From positions 434,001 to 498,000 of the forward strand of contig CBFFRQ010000089.1 of assembly GCA_965644315.1 (NCBI GenBank): a DNA stretch of 64,000 nt, given 5' to 3'. The notes beneath the pieces were generated by a model that saw only the letters and a program-made list of their open reading frames with translations, did not search any database and had not been told where the DNA came from. Positions 21,063-30,705 of this stretch are shown in pieces. The position numbers were made by a program, and so were the translations under genes. Source of the stretch: Caecitellus pseudoparvulus. Its lineage: Eukaryota > Protista > Bigyra: Bicosoecida. Position 1 is the first letter of the stretch, and the number at the start of each line of letters is the position of its first letter.

Positions 21063-22230
21063 ACCCTGCAGTGCTACTTTCCCTGTGAAGGGGGGGGAGC
21101 TCGCAGGTGCGGTTGGTGGCCTAGCCGCCGCTGTGTGCTGGCAGGGCACAGCGCAGAATCCCACTCAAAGCAGTGCAGGAAGTGTGCAGGTGAAGCGGCG
21201 GCAAGCCAACTGCAAGACGGCGCCACCGCTCCGCAACGCCGCTCTCAGACCCGGCAGCGCGCGAGCAGGCCAGCACGCACCACCAGTCCCGGATTTCACC
21301 AGCACTCCGCATGCTGTCCAAGGAAAGCACTGCGCCGTGCAGGGGGCAGAGGGTGCGCGTTTCTATCGACGCCAGCACATATCACCACCTCGCGCACACG
21401 CACAGCGCTCAGCTGTGTCCCAGTCCCCCAGCACGAAGCACCTGACAATCATGTACCCCAAACGGGACTGCCGCGTGCTGGCAGCCAAGTACGGCGGCCC
21501 ATCACGCCGCAGCAGGGGCATTGCAGCACCTCGGCTGCCACGCCGGGCACCTAAAGGCTCGTTGCCACTGCCCGCACTCTCCCTGGACACAATGGACTCG
21601 ACAGACTTGCAAGTGTACCTGCTCCTCGCGCTCTGGCTGGTGTGCTGCGACGCAGCATCTCCTGGTCGGGGTGGAGGGCCAGGCGGAGTGCGCACGCTGC
21701 CAACGTCGCTTTGCGGCGAGTCGAGCGTCAGGGCATTCCCGGGGGCCACACCCCCGCCTGCCGAGCTGAGGCTGCATCCCATGCTTCGACGTGAGCTGTG
21801 TGGGAGTGTAAATTCCCAATGATGAGTGGTTTGTTGTGTTATGCTCTGTTTTCGCTGCTGCACTGTCCAGCCTGGAAGCCCCCACTGGCTTCTCGCGTCG
21901 CTGCCTCTACTAGTTTGAGGTACATCCCGCCCTGCGCCTCAAACGGTCACTCAAAACATTGCACACCATGACTCCTCTAGCTGTTCCACACAATCCACGC
22001 CTCCACACATACCCGATCTGGCACACTCCACGCAACCGAGGCAGGAGCCGCTGGCTTGTTTGAGCCACAGTCCACGTGGAGCCCGAAGCGACACTCTTCA
22101 TACCCTGCCACCCTTGGGTGGGGCGTGCCCTGTGTGATCAGACTGCTGAAAGCACAGGAGGTGGAGCCGCCCCTGCCTGTCCGCTGCTGGCCCTCCAAGT
22201 GCGCAGACCAGCCAGCGCTGGTTCTTGGAA

Positions 22231-24690
22231 ATGGCAGGGAGAAGCACTTTTGGCGTGGTGGAGCCACATGCCTGTGAAGAGCAGGCACAGCCAGGCCTGC
22301 AGGAGCTATCTGACGAGTGCCTGCATGTGGTACTGAGCATGCTGTCAGCGGGGGACTTGCTGCGGTTGGGCTGTGTCAACTGGGAGTGGCTTTCTCGGGC
22401 AGACGACCAGAGGATTTGGCTGCCCCTGCTCATGCAGGACTTTCGCGTCAAGTGCCACGTCTCAGCACTGACGCCAACCGATGCGTCCAAGAGGCACAGC
22501 GAAGATGCTGCAGACGTCTCCAGTGTCATCTCTGTAGGGGGCGCGAAGCAAGCGTACAAAGCTGCTATGAGAGCGCACCAGGAGAAAGTGCGGGAATTGA
22601 TGCGAGACCTGCAGCGGCAGCACAGGGAGGAGCTCCAGGAGCGCGTCAAAGACCTCACGGCCACACACCCCTTCCTCACACTCACACCCCGTGCACTCTG
22701 GCAAGACGCATGGTCGCTCCCCGACATCCAAGTGACCGCCACACGGCTCCAGCTTGCCGTTGCCGCCTTCCTCGCCATCGCCCTAATGTGCACCTTCGGC
22801 GTGACAGGCGCCTGCTTCACCCTGGCACAAGGCGCTCTGCTGCTCGTCAGCAACGCCGCCCTCATCATCAACATCCTCGCCATCGCGGAGGACCGGCCAC
22901 GAGTCACTCTGCGCTCATACCTGCTGCGTTTCCTCCTCCACACTGGCCTCTTCCCGTCCCTCACACACGCCCTGGAGTCCATGACTGACCGCACCCTACG
23001 ACTGGCATTCATCGCTGCACTGTGCTGGCACATCCCACTGACACTGCTCACCCACTTCCTGCCCGCCGGACTGTCCACCTCCAACCCCGTCTCCCTCCTC
23101 CTGCAAACCTTCATACTGTGCCTGCTGCCCATCCGGTGGGGGAGCCTGGTCGCCCTCGTCCTCCTCTGCATCGACCAAGGCGAGACAGCGTGGAGGCGAG
23201 GCATCTCGAGCATTGACTCAGATGCACAGACAGCCGGCAAGCTTGCCTGTGGCGGCCTGCTTGCCTCCCAGCTCGGCCTCATGCTGCACATGCTCCTGAC
23301 AGGCGGCTACCCTTCCATGTCACACGACCTGCTGCCCGCCCTGTGGCAGGCTCTGCAAGTCATCTGTGTCGCAGTCATCGTCGTGGCAGGCGGCCTGCTC
23401 GCCGGCATGGCGTCAGCCCACTACACCCGGGTGTGGTGGGATCGCAACCGCGCCATCATCGAGACGTGGACCAGTGCGGATGTGCATCGGTCTCCCCTGC
23501 AGGCCATGGACCGTGGCGAGCGGTTCTACATCTCCACGGACTTCAAAGAGCTTGCCGGCGTCGGGGGTGTTGCCGCAGGCGTGCTGGCAGTGGGGCACTT
23601 CGCACTGCTGCCGCTCCTGGACTGGTTTGGACTGCTGCATGCCCCTGCTGCGCCGTACATGCTCCTGCACGCCGCTGCGGCAGGCGAGCAGCTGCTGCAA
23701 GCGTACCGCCTCATCGCCATGGTCATCTTGCTGTGCACAGTCGCTGTGTGGCTGCTGTGCTCGTACTGCTCGTGGCTGCTGGCGGCGGTGGGGGAGCGAC
23801 CCCCCCCTGGCTGGCTGCAGCACATTCAGCTCATCGGGCTGCCCATTGCACTGCTGGTGTGGTGGGGGGGTGAGTGGCTGGCACTGGCCACTGGTGCAGG
23901 GCCGCTGGCTGTCATGGACCCTGCCACACACATCGGCACTGTGCGGTTGGTGATGCCGACTGACCCCGTGATGGACTTCGTGGGTGACGCACTGTACACT
24001 ATGTTGTTGAGTGTGCCGTACTGGGTTGTGACAGTGGGTGTGCCGGGTGTGTGTTGGGGTGTGGTGTTGGCGGTGTACTATGTCCTGGCGCTGCCGCTGT
24101 ACTGTGTTGGAGCGGCACTGTGGCAGGCTCAAGCTAGTGTGGCTTCCATCGTGGGAGCTTCAGATGCCTTGGCTGTGTCACCCGTGCAGGTGTGCTGGGA
24201 TGTCTACTCGCCGCTCGCCATCGCAGGCAGGCTGTGGGGAGCCATCACACACGCCACCTGGGTGCTGACCAGCCTGTGCCTGGGCGAGGCATGGGGGGCG
24301 TGGCTGGTCGGTTGGAGTCCAGGTGTGTCCGCGGCGAGCACACTGCCGAGCAACGTGACGCCAGTAGTGTGTGTGTGGGCACGTGTGGCTGGTGCGGGCG
24401 TGGCGGCATGTCCGCCCATACCGGAACCCATGTGTTTCGGAGATGACACCGTGGCTGCATCCCCAACGCTGGACGGTGAGGGCAGCAGCTGGTGGTCTTG
24501 GGTGTGGTGGGCTTGCATCATTGTGTCCAGCGCCTTGGTCGTGGTGGGTGTGGCACTAGCCTTGCGCAAGGTGCTAGACAGCCGTGGGCCACGGCGAGTG
24601 CGCCGACCCGGCCGTGGACACCGGCAACGTGAAGCCCGCCTGCCCGAGAGAGAAGCACCACAGACCAGGCACCGAGTGCGGGCGCGTTGA
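22231..24690 (+). CDS. F-box-containing polytopic membrane protein, tandem copy 1
   Basis: F-box-like LQELSDECLHVVLSMLSAGDLLRLGCVNWEW..IW, short coiled coil, then more than 10 hydrophobic stretches and a basic C-terminal tail. Intronless. Confidence 0.8.
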   Translation: MAGRSTFGVVEPHACEEQAQPGLQELSDECLHVVLSMLSAGDLLRLGCVNWEWLSRADDQRIWLPLLMQDFRVKCHVSALTPTDASKRHSEDAADVSSVISVGGAKQAYKAAMRAHQEKVRELMRDLQRQHREELQERVKDLTATHPFLTLTPRALWQDAWSLPDIQVTATRLQLAVAAFLAIALMCTFGVTGACFTLAQGALLLVSNAALIINILAIAEDRPRVTLRSYLLRFLLHTGLFPSLTHALESMTDRTLRLAFIAALCWHIPLTLLTHFLPAGLSTSNPVSLLLQTFILCLLPIRWGSLVALVLLCIDQGETAWRRGISSIDSDAQTAGKLACGGLLASQLGLMLHMLLTGGYPSMSHDLLPALWQALQVICVAVIVVAGGLLAGMASAHYTRVWWDRNRAIIETWTSADVHRSPLQAMDRGERFYISTDFKELAGVGGVAAGVLAVGHFALLPLLDWFGLLHAPAAPYMLLHAAAAGEQLLQAYRLIAMVILLCTVAVWLLCSYCSWLLAAVGERPPPGWLQHIQLIGLPIALLVWWGGEWLALATGAGPLAVMDPATHIGTVRLVMPTDPVMDFVGDALYTMLLSVPYWVVTVGVPGVCWGVVLAVYYVLALPLYCVGAALWQAQASVASIVGASDALAVSPVQVCWDVYSPLAIAGRLWGAITHATWVLTSLCLGEAWGAWLVGWSPGVSAASTLPSNVTPVVCVWARVAGAGVAACPPIPEPMCFGDDTVAASPTLDGEGSSWWSWVWWACIIVSSALVVVGVALALRKVLDSRGPRRVRRPGRGHRQREARLPEREAPQTRHRVRAR

Positions 24691-25014
24691 GATGGCAAGG
24701 TACAGCGCATGCCAAGGTTCAATACATGTATACGCGACGTGCTGCAGTGCACTTGTGCTCGCACCTGTCAACTCCAACTCCCCCCCCCATCTCCAACTAC
24801 CATGCACTTTGAGGTGCCGAGGCAGGCGCCGCTGGCTTGCTCGAGCCACAGTCCACGTAGAGCCCGAAGCGACACTCTTCATACCCTGCCACCCTTGGGT
24901 GGGGTGTACCCTGTGTGATCAGACTGCTGAAAGCACAGGAGGTCGAGCTGCCGCCCCTACCTGTCCGCTGCTGGCCCTCCAAGTGCGCAGACCAGCCAGC
25001 GCTGGTTCTTGGAA

Positions 25015-27474
25015 ATGGCAGGGAGAAGCACTTTTGGCGTGGTGGAGCCACATGCCTGTGAAGAGCAGGCACGGCCAGGCCTGCAGGAGCTACCTGACGA
25101 GTGCCTGCATGTGGTACTGAGCATGCTGTCAGCGAGGGACTTGATGCGATTGGGCTGTGTCAGCAGGGTTTTTCGGTCGCGTGCAAGTAAAAAGGAAACT
25201 TGGCTGCCGCTGCTCATGCAGGACTTTCGCGTCGATTGCCACGTCTCGGCACTGACGCCTACCGATGCGTCCAACAGGGCCGCTGAAGCGGCTAGATATG
25301 TCTCCAGTTTTGTTTCAACGCGAAGCGCCAAGAGAGCGTACAAAGCTGCCATGAAGGCGCACCAGGAGAAAGTGCGGGAATTGATGCGAGACCTGCAGCG
25401 GCAGCACAGGGAGGAGCTCCAGGAGCGCGTCAAGGACCTCACGGCCACACACCCCTTCCTCACACTCATACCCCGTGCACTCTGGCAAGACGCATGGTCT
25501 CTCCCTGACATCCAAGTGACCGCCACACGGCTCCAGCTTGCCGCTGCCGCCTTCCTCGTCATCGCCCTCATGTACACCTTCGGCGTGACAGGCGCCTGCT
25601 TCACCCTGGCACAAGGCGCTCTGCTGCTTGTCAGCAACGCCGCCCTCGTCATCAACATCTTCGCCATCGCGGAGGACCGGCTGCGAGTCATTCTGCGCTC
25701 CCACCTGCTGCGTTTCCTCCTCCACACTGGCCTCTTCCCGTCCCTCACACACGCCCTGGAGTCCATGACTGACCGCACCCTCCGACTGGCACTCATCGCT
25801 GCACTGTTCTGCCACATCCCACTGACACTGCTCACCCACTTCCTGCCCGCCGGACTGTCCATCTCCAACCCCGTCTCCCTCCTCCTGCAAACCTTCATAC
25901 TGTGCCTGCTGCCCATCCGGTGGGGGAGCCTGGTCGTGCTGGGCGCCCTCTACATCGACCAAGGCGAGTGGGTATGGTGGCGAGGCATCTCGAACATGAG
26001 CCCGGAAGCACAGACAGCTTGCAAGCTTGCCTGTGGCGGCCTGCTTGCCTCCCAGCTCGGCCTCATGCTGCACATGCTCCTGACAGGCGGCTACCCTTCC
26101 ATGTCACACGACCTGCTGCCCGCCCTGTGGCAGGCTCTGCAAGTCATCTGCGTCGCAGTCATCGTCATGTCAGGCGGCCTGCTCGCCGGCATGGCGTCAG
26201 CCCACTACATCCGGGTGTGGTGGGAGCGCAACCGCGCCATCATCGAGACGTGGACCAGTGCTGATGTGCAGCGGTCTCCCTTGCATGCCATAGACCGTGG
26301 CGGGCAGTTCTACAACACCTCCGACTTCAATCACCTCGTCAGCATGTATATTATGGCGACAGGTGTGTTGGCAGTGGGGCACTTCGCACTGCTGCCGCTC
26401 CTGGACTGGTTTGGACTGCTGCACGCCCCTGCTGCGCCGTACATGCTCCTGCACGCCGCCGCGGCAGGCGAGCAGCTGCTGCAAGCGTACCGCCTCATCG
26501 CCATGGTCATCTTGCTGTGCACAGTCGCTGTGTGGCTGCTGTGCTCGCACTGCTCGTGGCTGCTGGCGGCGGTGGGGGAGCGACCCCCCCCTGGCTGGCT
26601 GCAGCACATTCAGCTCATCGGGCTGCCCATTGCACTGTTGGCGTGGCTTGGAGGTGAGCGGCTGGCGCTGGCCACTGGTGCAGGGCCGCTGGCTGTCATG
26701 GACCCCATGACATACTTCGGCACTGTGCGGTTGGTGATGCCGACTGACCCCGTGATGGACTTCGTGGGTGATGCGCTGCACACGGTGTTGTTGAGTGTGC
26801 CGTACTGGGTTGTGATGGTGGGCGTGCCGGGTGTGTGTTGGGGTGTGGTGTTGGCGGTGTACTATGTCCTGGCGCTGCCGCTGTACTGTGTTGGGGCAGC
26901 ACTGTGGCAGGCTCAAGCTGGTGTGGCTTCCATCGTGGGAGCTTCAGATGCCTTGGCTGTGTCACCTCTGCAGGTGTGCTGGGATGTCTACTCGCCGCTC
27001 GCCATCGCAGGCAGGCTGTGGGGAGCCATCACACACGCCACCTGGGTGCTGACCACCCTGTGCCTGGGCGAGGCATGGGGGGCGTGGATGGCCGGTTGGA
27101 GTCCAGGTGTGTCCGCGGCGAGCACAGTGCCGAGCAACATGACGCTTGCGATGTGTGTGTGGGCACGGGTGGCCGGTGCTGGTCTAAGCTCGTGTCCCCC
27201 ACTGCCAGTACCCATGTGTTTCGGTGATGACCCCGTGGCAGCATCCCCAGCGGTGGAAGGTGAGGGCAGCAGCTGGTGGTCTTGGGTGTGGTGGGCTTGC
27301 ATCATCGTGTCCAGCGCCTTGGTCGTGGTGGGCGTGGCACTAGCCTTGCGCAAGGTGCTGGACAGCCGTGGGCCACGGCGAGTGCGCCGACCCGGCCGAG
27401 GACGCCGGCAACGTGAAGCCCGCCTGCCCGAGAGAGAAGCAACACAGACCAGGCACCGAGTGCGGGCGCGTTGA
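25015..27474 (+). CDS. F-box-containing polytopic membrane protein, tandem copy 2
   Basis: LQELPDECLHVVLSMLSARDLMRLGCVSRVF..TW. Same length as copy 1, offset by 2784 bp. Confidence 0.82.
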   Translation: MAGRSTFGVVEPHACEEQARPGLQELPDECLHVVLSMLSARDLMRLGCVSRVFRSRASKKETWLPLLMQDFRVDCHVSALTPTDASNRAAEAARYVSSFVSTRSAKRAYKAAMKAHQEKVRELMRDLQRQHREELQERVKDLTATHPFLTLIPRALWQDAWSLPDIQVTATRLQLAAAAFLVIALMYTFGVTGACFTLAQGALLLVSNAALVINIFAIAEDRLRVILRSHLLRFLLHTGLFPSLTHALESMTDRTLRLALIAALFCHIPLTLLTHFLPAGLSISNPVSLLLQTFILCLLPIRWGSLVVLGALYIDQGEWVWWRGISNMSPEAQTACKLACGGLLASQLGLMLHMLLTGGYPSMSHDLLPALWQALQVICVAVIVMSGGLLAGMASAHYIRVWWERNRAIIETWTSADVQRSPLHAIDRGGQFYNTSDFNHLVSMYIMATGVLAVGHFALLPLLDWFGLLHAPAAPYMLLHAAAAGEQLLQAYRLIAMVILLCTVAVWLLCSHCSWLLAAVGERPPPGWLQHIQLIGLPIALLAWLGGERLALATGAGPLAVMDPMTYFGTVRLVMPTDPVMDFVGDALHTVLLSVPYWVVMVGVPGVCWGVVLAVYYVLALPLYCVGAALWQAQAGVASIVGASDALAVSPLQVCWDVYSPLAIAGRLWGAITHATWVLTTLCLGEAWGAWMAGWSPGVSAASTVPSNMTLAMCVWARVAGAGLSSCPPLPVPMCFGDDPVAASPAVEGEGSSWWSWVWWACIIVSSALVVVGVALALRKVLDSRGPRRVRRPGRGRRQREARLPEREATQTRHRVRAR

Positions 27475-27838
27475 GATGGCAAGGTACAGCGCATGCCAAG
27501 GTGCAATTCATGTTCTCGCGACGTGCTGCAAGGCACTCGTGCTCACCCCTGTCAACACCAACTACCCCCTCCCATCTCCAATTGCCATGCACTCTCCAAC
27601 ATGCACCAAAGCCATTACATGACACACTCCGAAGCCTTAACACACCCCTTCTCCAACCCCGCTTCCAAGCAAAAGCACAGAGTGTGCCAAGCACGGCCTT
27701 CGCGCGAGTGCTTGCCACAGTCTCCAACCAAGCAGCAACCACCAAACCTGTGAGATCATCGCAGGAAAGACCACTTTCCAAAGGCACACACTTTTCAGCA
27801 ATCTAAGCGCGCAGACCAGCCTGCGCTAGCTCTGGGAA

Positions 27839-30424
27839 ATGGCAGGAAGGAGCTGCATAAGCGCGATCCCTCAAGATGCTGAAGGGCAGGCACGTCCCAA
27901 CACCCAGGACATTGACCGCGCTCCCCAAGCTGCCTCGAGTGGCGCCGACTCCAATGGGGACCTGATACGCGCAGCCTGTGCAGACGATTCAACAAATCGG
28001 TGGAAACGCTTTGCACAAGAGCGCCCGTACCTTGAACACCTCGCGCACTTGAGCGCGAGAGCAGCCAAAGTCAAGCTACTGAAGGAGGCCACAGCTGCTG
28101 TGGACTTCTTCGGACCTGATGTGTTCATGGAGACCCGTGTGGAAGGACCGTCACAGGCTTTGTTGTCCAAACAGAAGCAGAAGACTGAACCTCAACAAGA
28201 AACAGCGCACTGCGCAACACACCACAACATCGAAGACCTCACGGCCACACACCCCTTCCTCACACTCATACCCCGCGCTCTCTGGCAAGACGCATGGTCG
28301 CTCCCTGACATCCAAGTGACCGCCACACGGCTCCAGCTTGCCGTCGCCGCCTTCCTTGCCATCGCCCTCATGTGCACCTTCGGCGTGACAGGCGCCTGCT
28401 TCACCCTGGCACAAGGCGCTCTGCTGCTCGTCAGCAACGCCGCCTTCTTCGTCCTCATTGCCATCGTTGACAGAAAACATGGTTTGTGCTTTTCCCGTTC
28501 CATTGGCCTCTTCCCGTCCCTCACACACGCCCTGGAGTCCATGACTGACCGCACCCTCCGACTGGCATTCATCGCTGCACTGTGCTGCCACATCCCACTG
28601 ACACTGCTCACCCACTTCCTGCCCGCCGGACTGTCCACCTCCAACCCCGTCTCCCTCCTCCTGCAAACCTTCACACTGTGCCTGCTGCCCATCCGGTGGG
28701 GGAGCCTGGTCGTGCTGGGCGCCCTCTGCATCGACCAAGGCGAGACAGCGTGGAAGCGAGGCATCTCGAGCATTGACTCAGATGCACAGACAGCTTGCAA
28801 GCTTGCCTGTGGCGGCCTGCTTGCCTCCCAGCTCGGCCTCATGCTGCACATGCTCCTGACAGGCGGCTACCCTTCCATGTCACACGACCTGCTGCCTGCC
28901 CTGTGGCAGGCTCTGCAGGTCATCTGTGTCGCAGTCATCGTCGTGGCAGGCGGCCTGCTCGCCGGCATGGCGTCAGCCCACTACACCCGGGTGTGGTGGG
29001 ATCGCAACCGCGCCATCATCGAGACGTGGACCAGTGCTGATGTGCAGCGGCCGCCCCTGCAGGCCATGGACCGTGGCGAGCGGTTTTATGACTCCTCCGA
29101 CTTCAATCACCTCACCAACATGTACATGATGGCGGCTGGTGTGTTGGCGGTGGGGCACTTCGCACTGCTGCCGCTCCTGGACTGGTTTGGACTGCTGCAT
29201 GCCCCTGCTGCGCCATACATGCTTCTGCATGCCGCCGCGGCAGGTGAGCAGCTGCTGCAAGCGTACCGCCTCGTCGCCATGGTCATCTTGCTGTGCACAG
29301 TCGCTGTGTGGCTGCTGTGCTCGCACTGCTCATGGCTGCTGGCGGCGGTGGGGGAGCGGCGCCCCCCTGGCTGGCTGCAGCACATTCAGCTCATCGGGCT
29401 GCCCATTGCACTGCTGGCGTGGTGGGGGGGTGAGTGGCTGGCGCTGGCCACTGGTGCAGGGCCGCTGGCTGTCATGGACCCCATGACATACTTCGGCACT
29501 GTGCGGCTGGTGGTGCCGACTGACCCGGTCATGGACTTCGTGGGTGATGCGCTGCACACGGTGTTGTTGAGTGTGCCGTACTGGGTTGTGATGGTGGGCG
29601 TGCCGGGTGTGTGTTGGGGTGTGGTGTTGGCGGTGTACTATGTCCTGACGCTGCCACTGTACTGCGCAAACTCGTACCTCCTGCATCTTGTGACTGAAGG
29701 GTCGCAGGGGGGAGCAGCTGCTGCTTTCCAGCTATCGTCACCTCTGCAGGTGTGCTGGGATGTCTACTCGCCCCTCGCCATCGCAGGCAGGCTGTGGGGA
29801 GCCATCACACATGCCACTTGGCTGCTGACCACCCTGTGCCTGGGCGAGGCATGGGGGGCGTGGATGGCTGGCTTGAGTCCAGGTGTGTCCGCGGCAAGTA
29901 CACTGCCGAGTAACGTGACGCCAGTGATGTGTGTGTGGGCACGAGTGGCTGGTGCGGGCGTGGCGGCATGTCCGGCGCTCCCTTCCTTTCCCTGCTACTG
30001 GGACGATGGGCCGTTCACTTGTCTGGCGGCAATGCCCTCTGATATGTGCCTGGACGGGATTGAAGTGGCATTGGAAGACTTTCCTCAGCCATCCACAGCC
30101 CCGGATGCACTTGCCCTCGGGTTTCCTCCGGCAGGTCCTGTCACACCTGCCATGTGTGTGTGGGCAAGAATCTCGCGAGCTTCACTGGGAACTTGCCCAC
30201 CTCTTCCCAAGCTGCAGTGCGGTGCAGATGAGCCACTTGAATCACAGGGTACGCGGTTGCCTGAGCATTGGATACCACCGCTGCTGAAGCGACTAGCACT
30301 CGTCATTTGTATCTCCTTGTCGATGCTTGGCATCCTATACTTCACATGCATGCTGCTACTGCTGTGCGCAATAGATAGCTTCCCGTACATGAGAAGAAGA
30401 GCCCGGCCAAAGAGAAAGGACTAG
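27839..30424 (+). CDS. Polytopic membrane protein, tandem copy 3; F-box region replaced and C-terminus divergent
   Basis: Near-identical to copies 1/2 from DLTATHPFLT (~28235) to ~29975. The N-terminal ~130 aa and C-terminal ~150 aa are unrelated or divergent. Confidence 0.8.
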   Translation: MAGRSCISAIPQDAEGQARPNTQDIDRAPQAASSGADSNGDLIRAACADDSTNRWKRFAQERPYLEHLAHLSARAAKVKLLKEATAAVDFFGPDVFMETRVEGPSQALLSKQKQKTEPQQETAHCATHHNIEDLTATHPFLTLIPRALWQDAWSLPDIQVTATRLQLAVAAFLAIALMCTFGVTGACFTLAQGALLLVSNAAFFVLIAIVDRKHGLCFSRSIGLFPSLTHALESMTDRTLRLAFIAALCCHIPLTLLTHFLPAGLSTSNPVSLLLQTFTLCLLPIRWGSLVVLGALCIDQGETAWKRGISSIDSDAQTACKLACGGLLASQLGLMLHMLLTGGYPSMSHDLLPALWQALQVICVAVIVVAGGLLAGMASAHYTRVWWDRNRAIIETWTSADVQRPPLQAMDRGERFYDSSDFNHLTNMYMMAAGVLAVGHFALLPLLDWFGLLHAPAAPYMLLHAAAAGEQLLQAYRLVAMVILLCTVAVWLLCSHCSWLLAAVGERRPPGWLQHIQLIGLPIALLAWWGGEWLALATGAGPLAVMDPMTYFGTVRLVVPTDPVMDFVGDALHTVLLSVPYWVVMVGVPGVCWGVVLAVYYVLTLPLYCANSYLLHLVTEGSQGGAAAAFQLSSPLQVCWDVYSPLAIAGRLWGAITHATWLLTTLCLGEAWGAWMAGLSPGVSAASTLPSNVTPVMCVWARVAGAGVAACPALPSFPCYWDDGPFTCLAAMPSDMCLDGIEVALEDFPQPSTAPDALALGFPPAGPVTPAMCVWARISRASLGTCPPLPKLQCGADEPLESQGTRLPEHWIPPLLKRLALVICISLSMLGILYFTCMLLLLCAIDSFPYMRRRARPKRKD

Positions 30425-30705
30425 TCGCCGCTTCGCCCAATGCGGACGCAGACCGGGTAGGTGGGTCGCCCCCGCAGCACGGCCCCTTCCATCGATTCTT
30501 CGTTGAACCCTATGAAGATGGCTGGAAGTCGGGATTTGCGTGTCAGCTACACTCGGCGGACTTCCCCTCCCAACATCGCTGAGCAAACCAAGTGGAGGCA
30601 AAGCATACATGAAAAAGAGTTGAGACAGGAACGCCGACACTGCGAACGCAACTGAGCTGGGGGAGGTGACTCTCAATGTACATTCACAAGCCGTGGCATG
30701 CCACG

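Larger units (their letters stand above)
22036..29975 (+). repeat. Tandem segmental triplication, ~2.78-kb unit including 5' and 3' flanks
   Basis: ccgaggcagg(a/c)gccgctggcttg at ~22037 and ~24817; tgagatggcaaggtacagcgcatgccaagg after the stops at 24690 and 27474; a shorter upstream match (gcgcagaccagcc..ggaaatggcagg) at ~27810. Confidence 0.92.

Noticed and set aside
18676-21822. Plus-strand ORFs 18676-20109 and 20278-21822
   Set aside because: They overlap the longer minus-strand ORF, have non-ATG starts and show no motifs. The strand choice here is only moderately certain.
22036-29975. 2.8-kb repeats as transposons or LTR elements
   Set aside because: No transposase, RT or integrase motifs, terminal inverted repeats or target-site duplications seen; fits tandem gene duplication.
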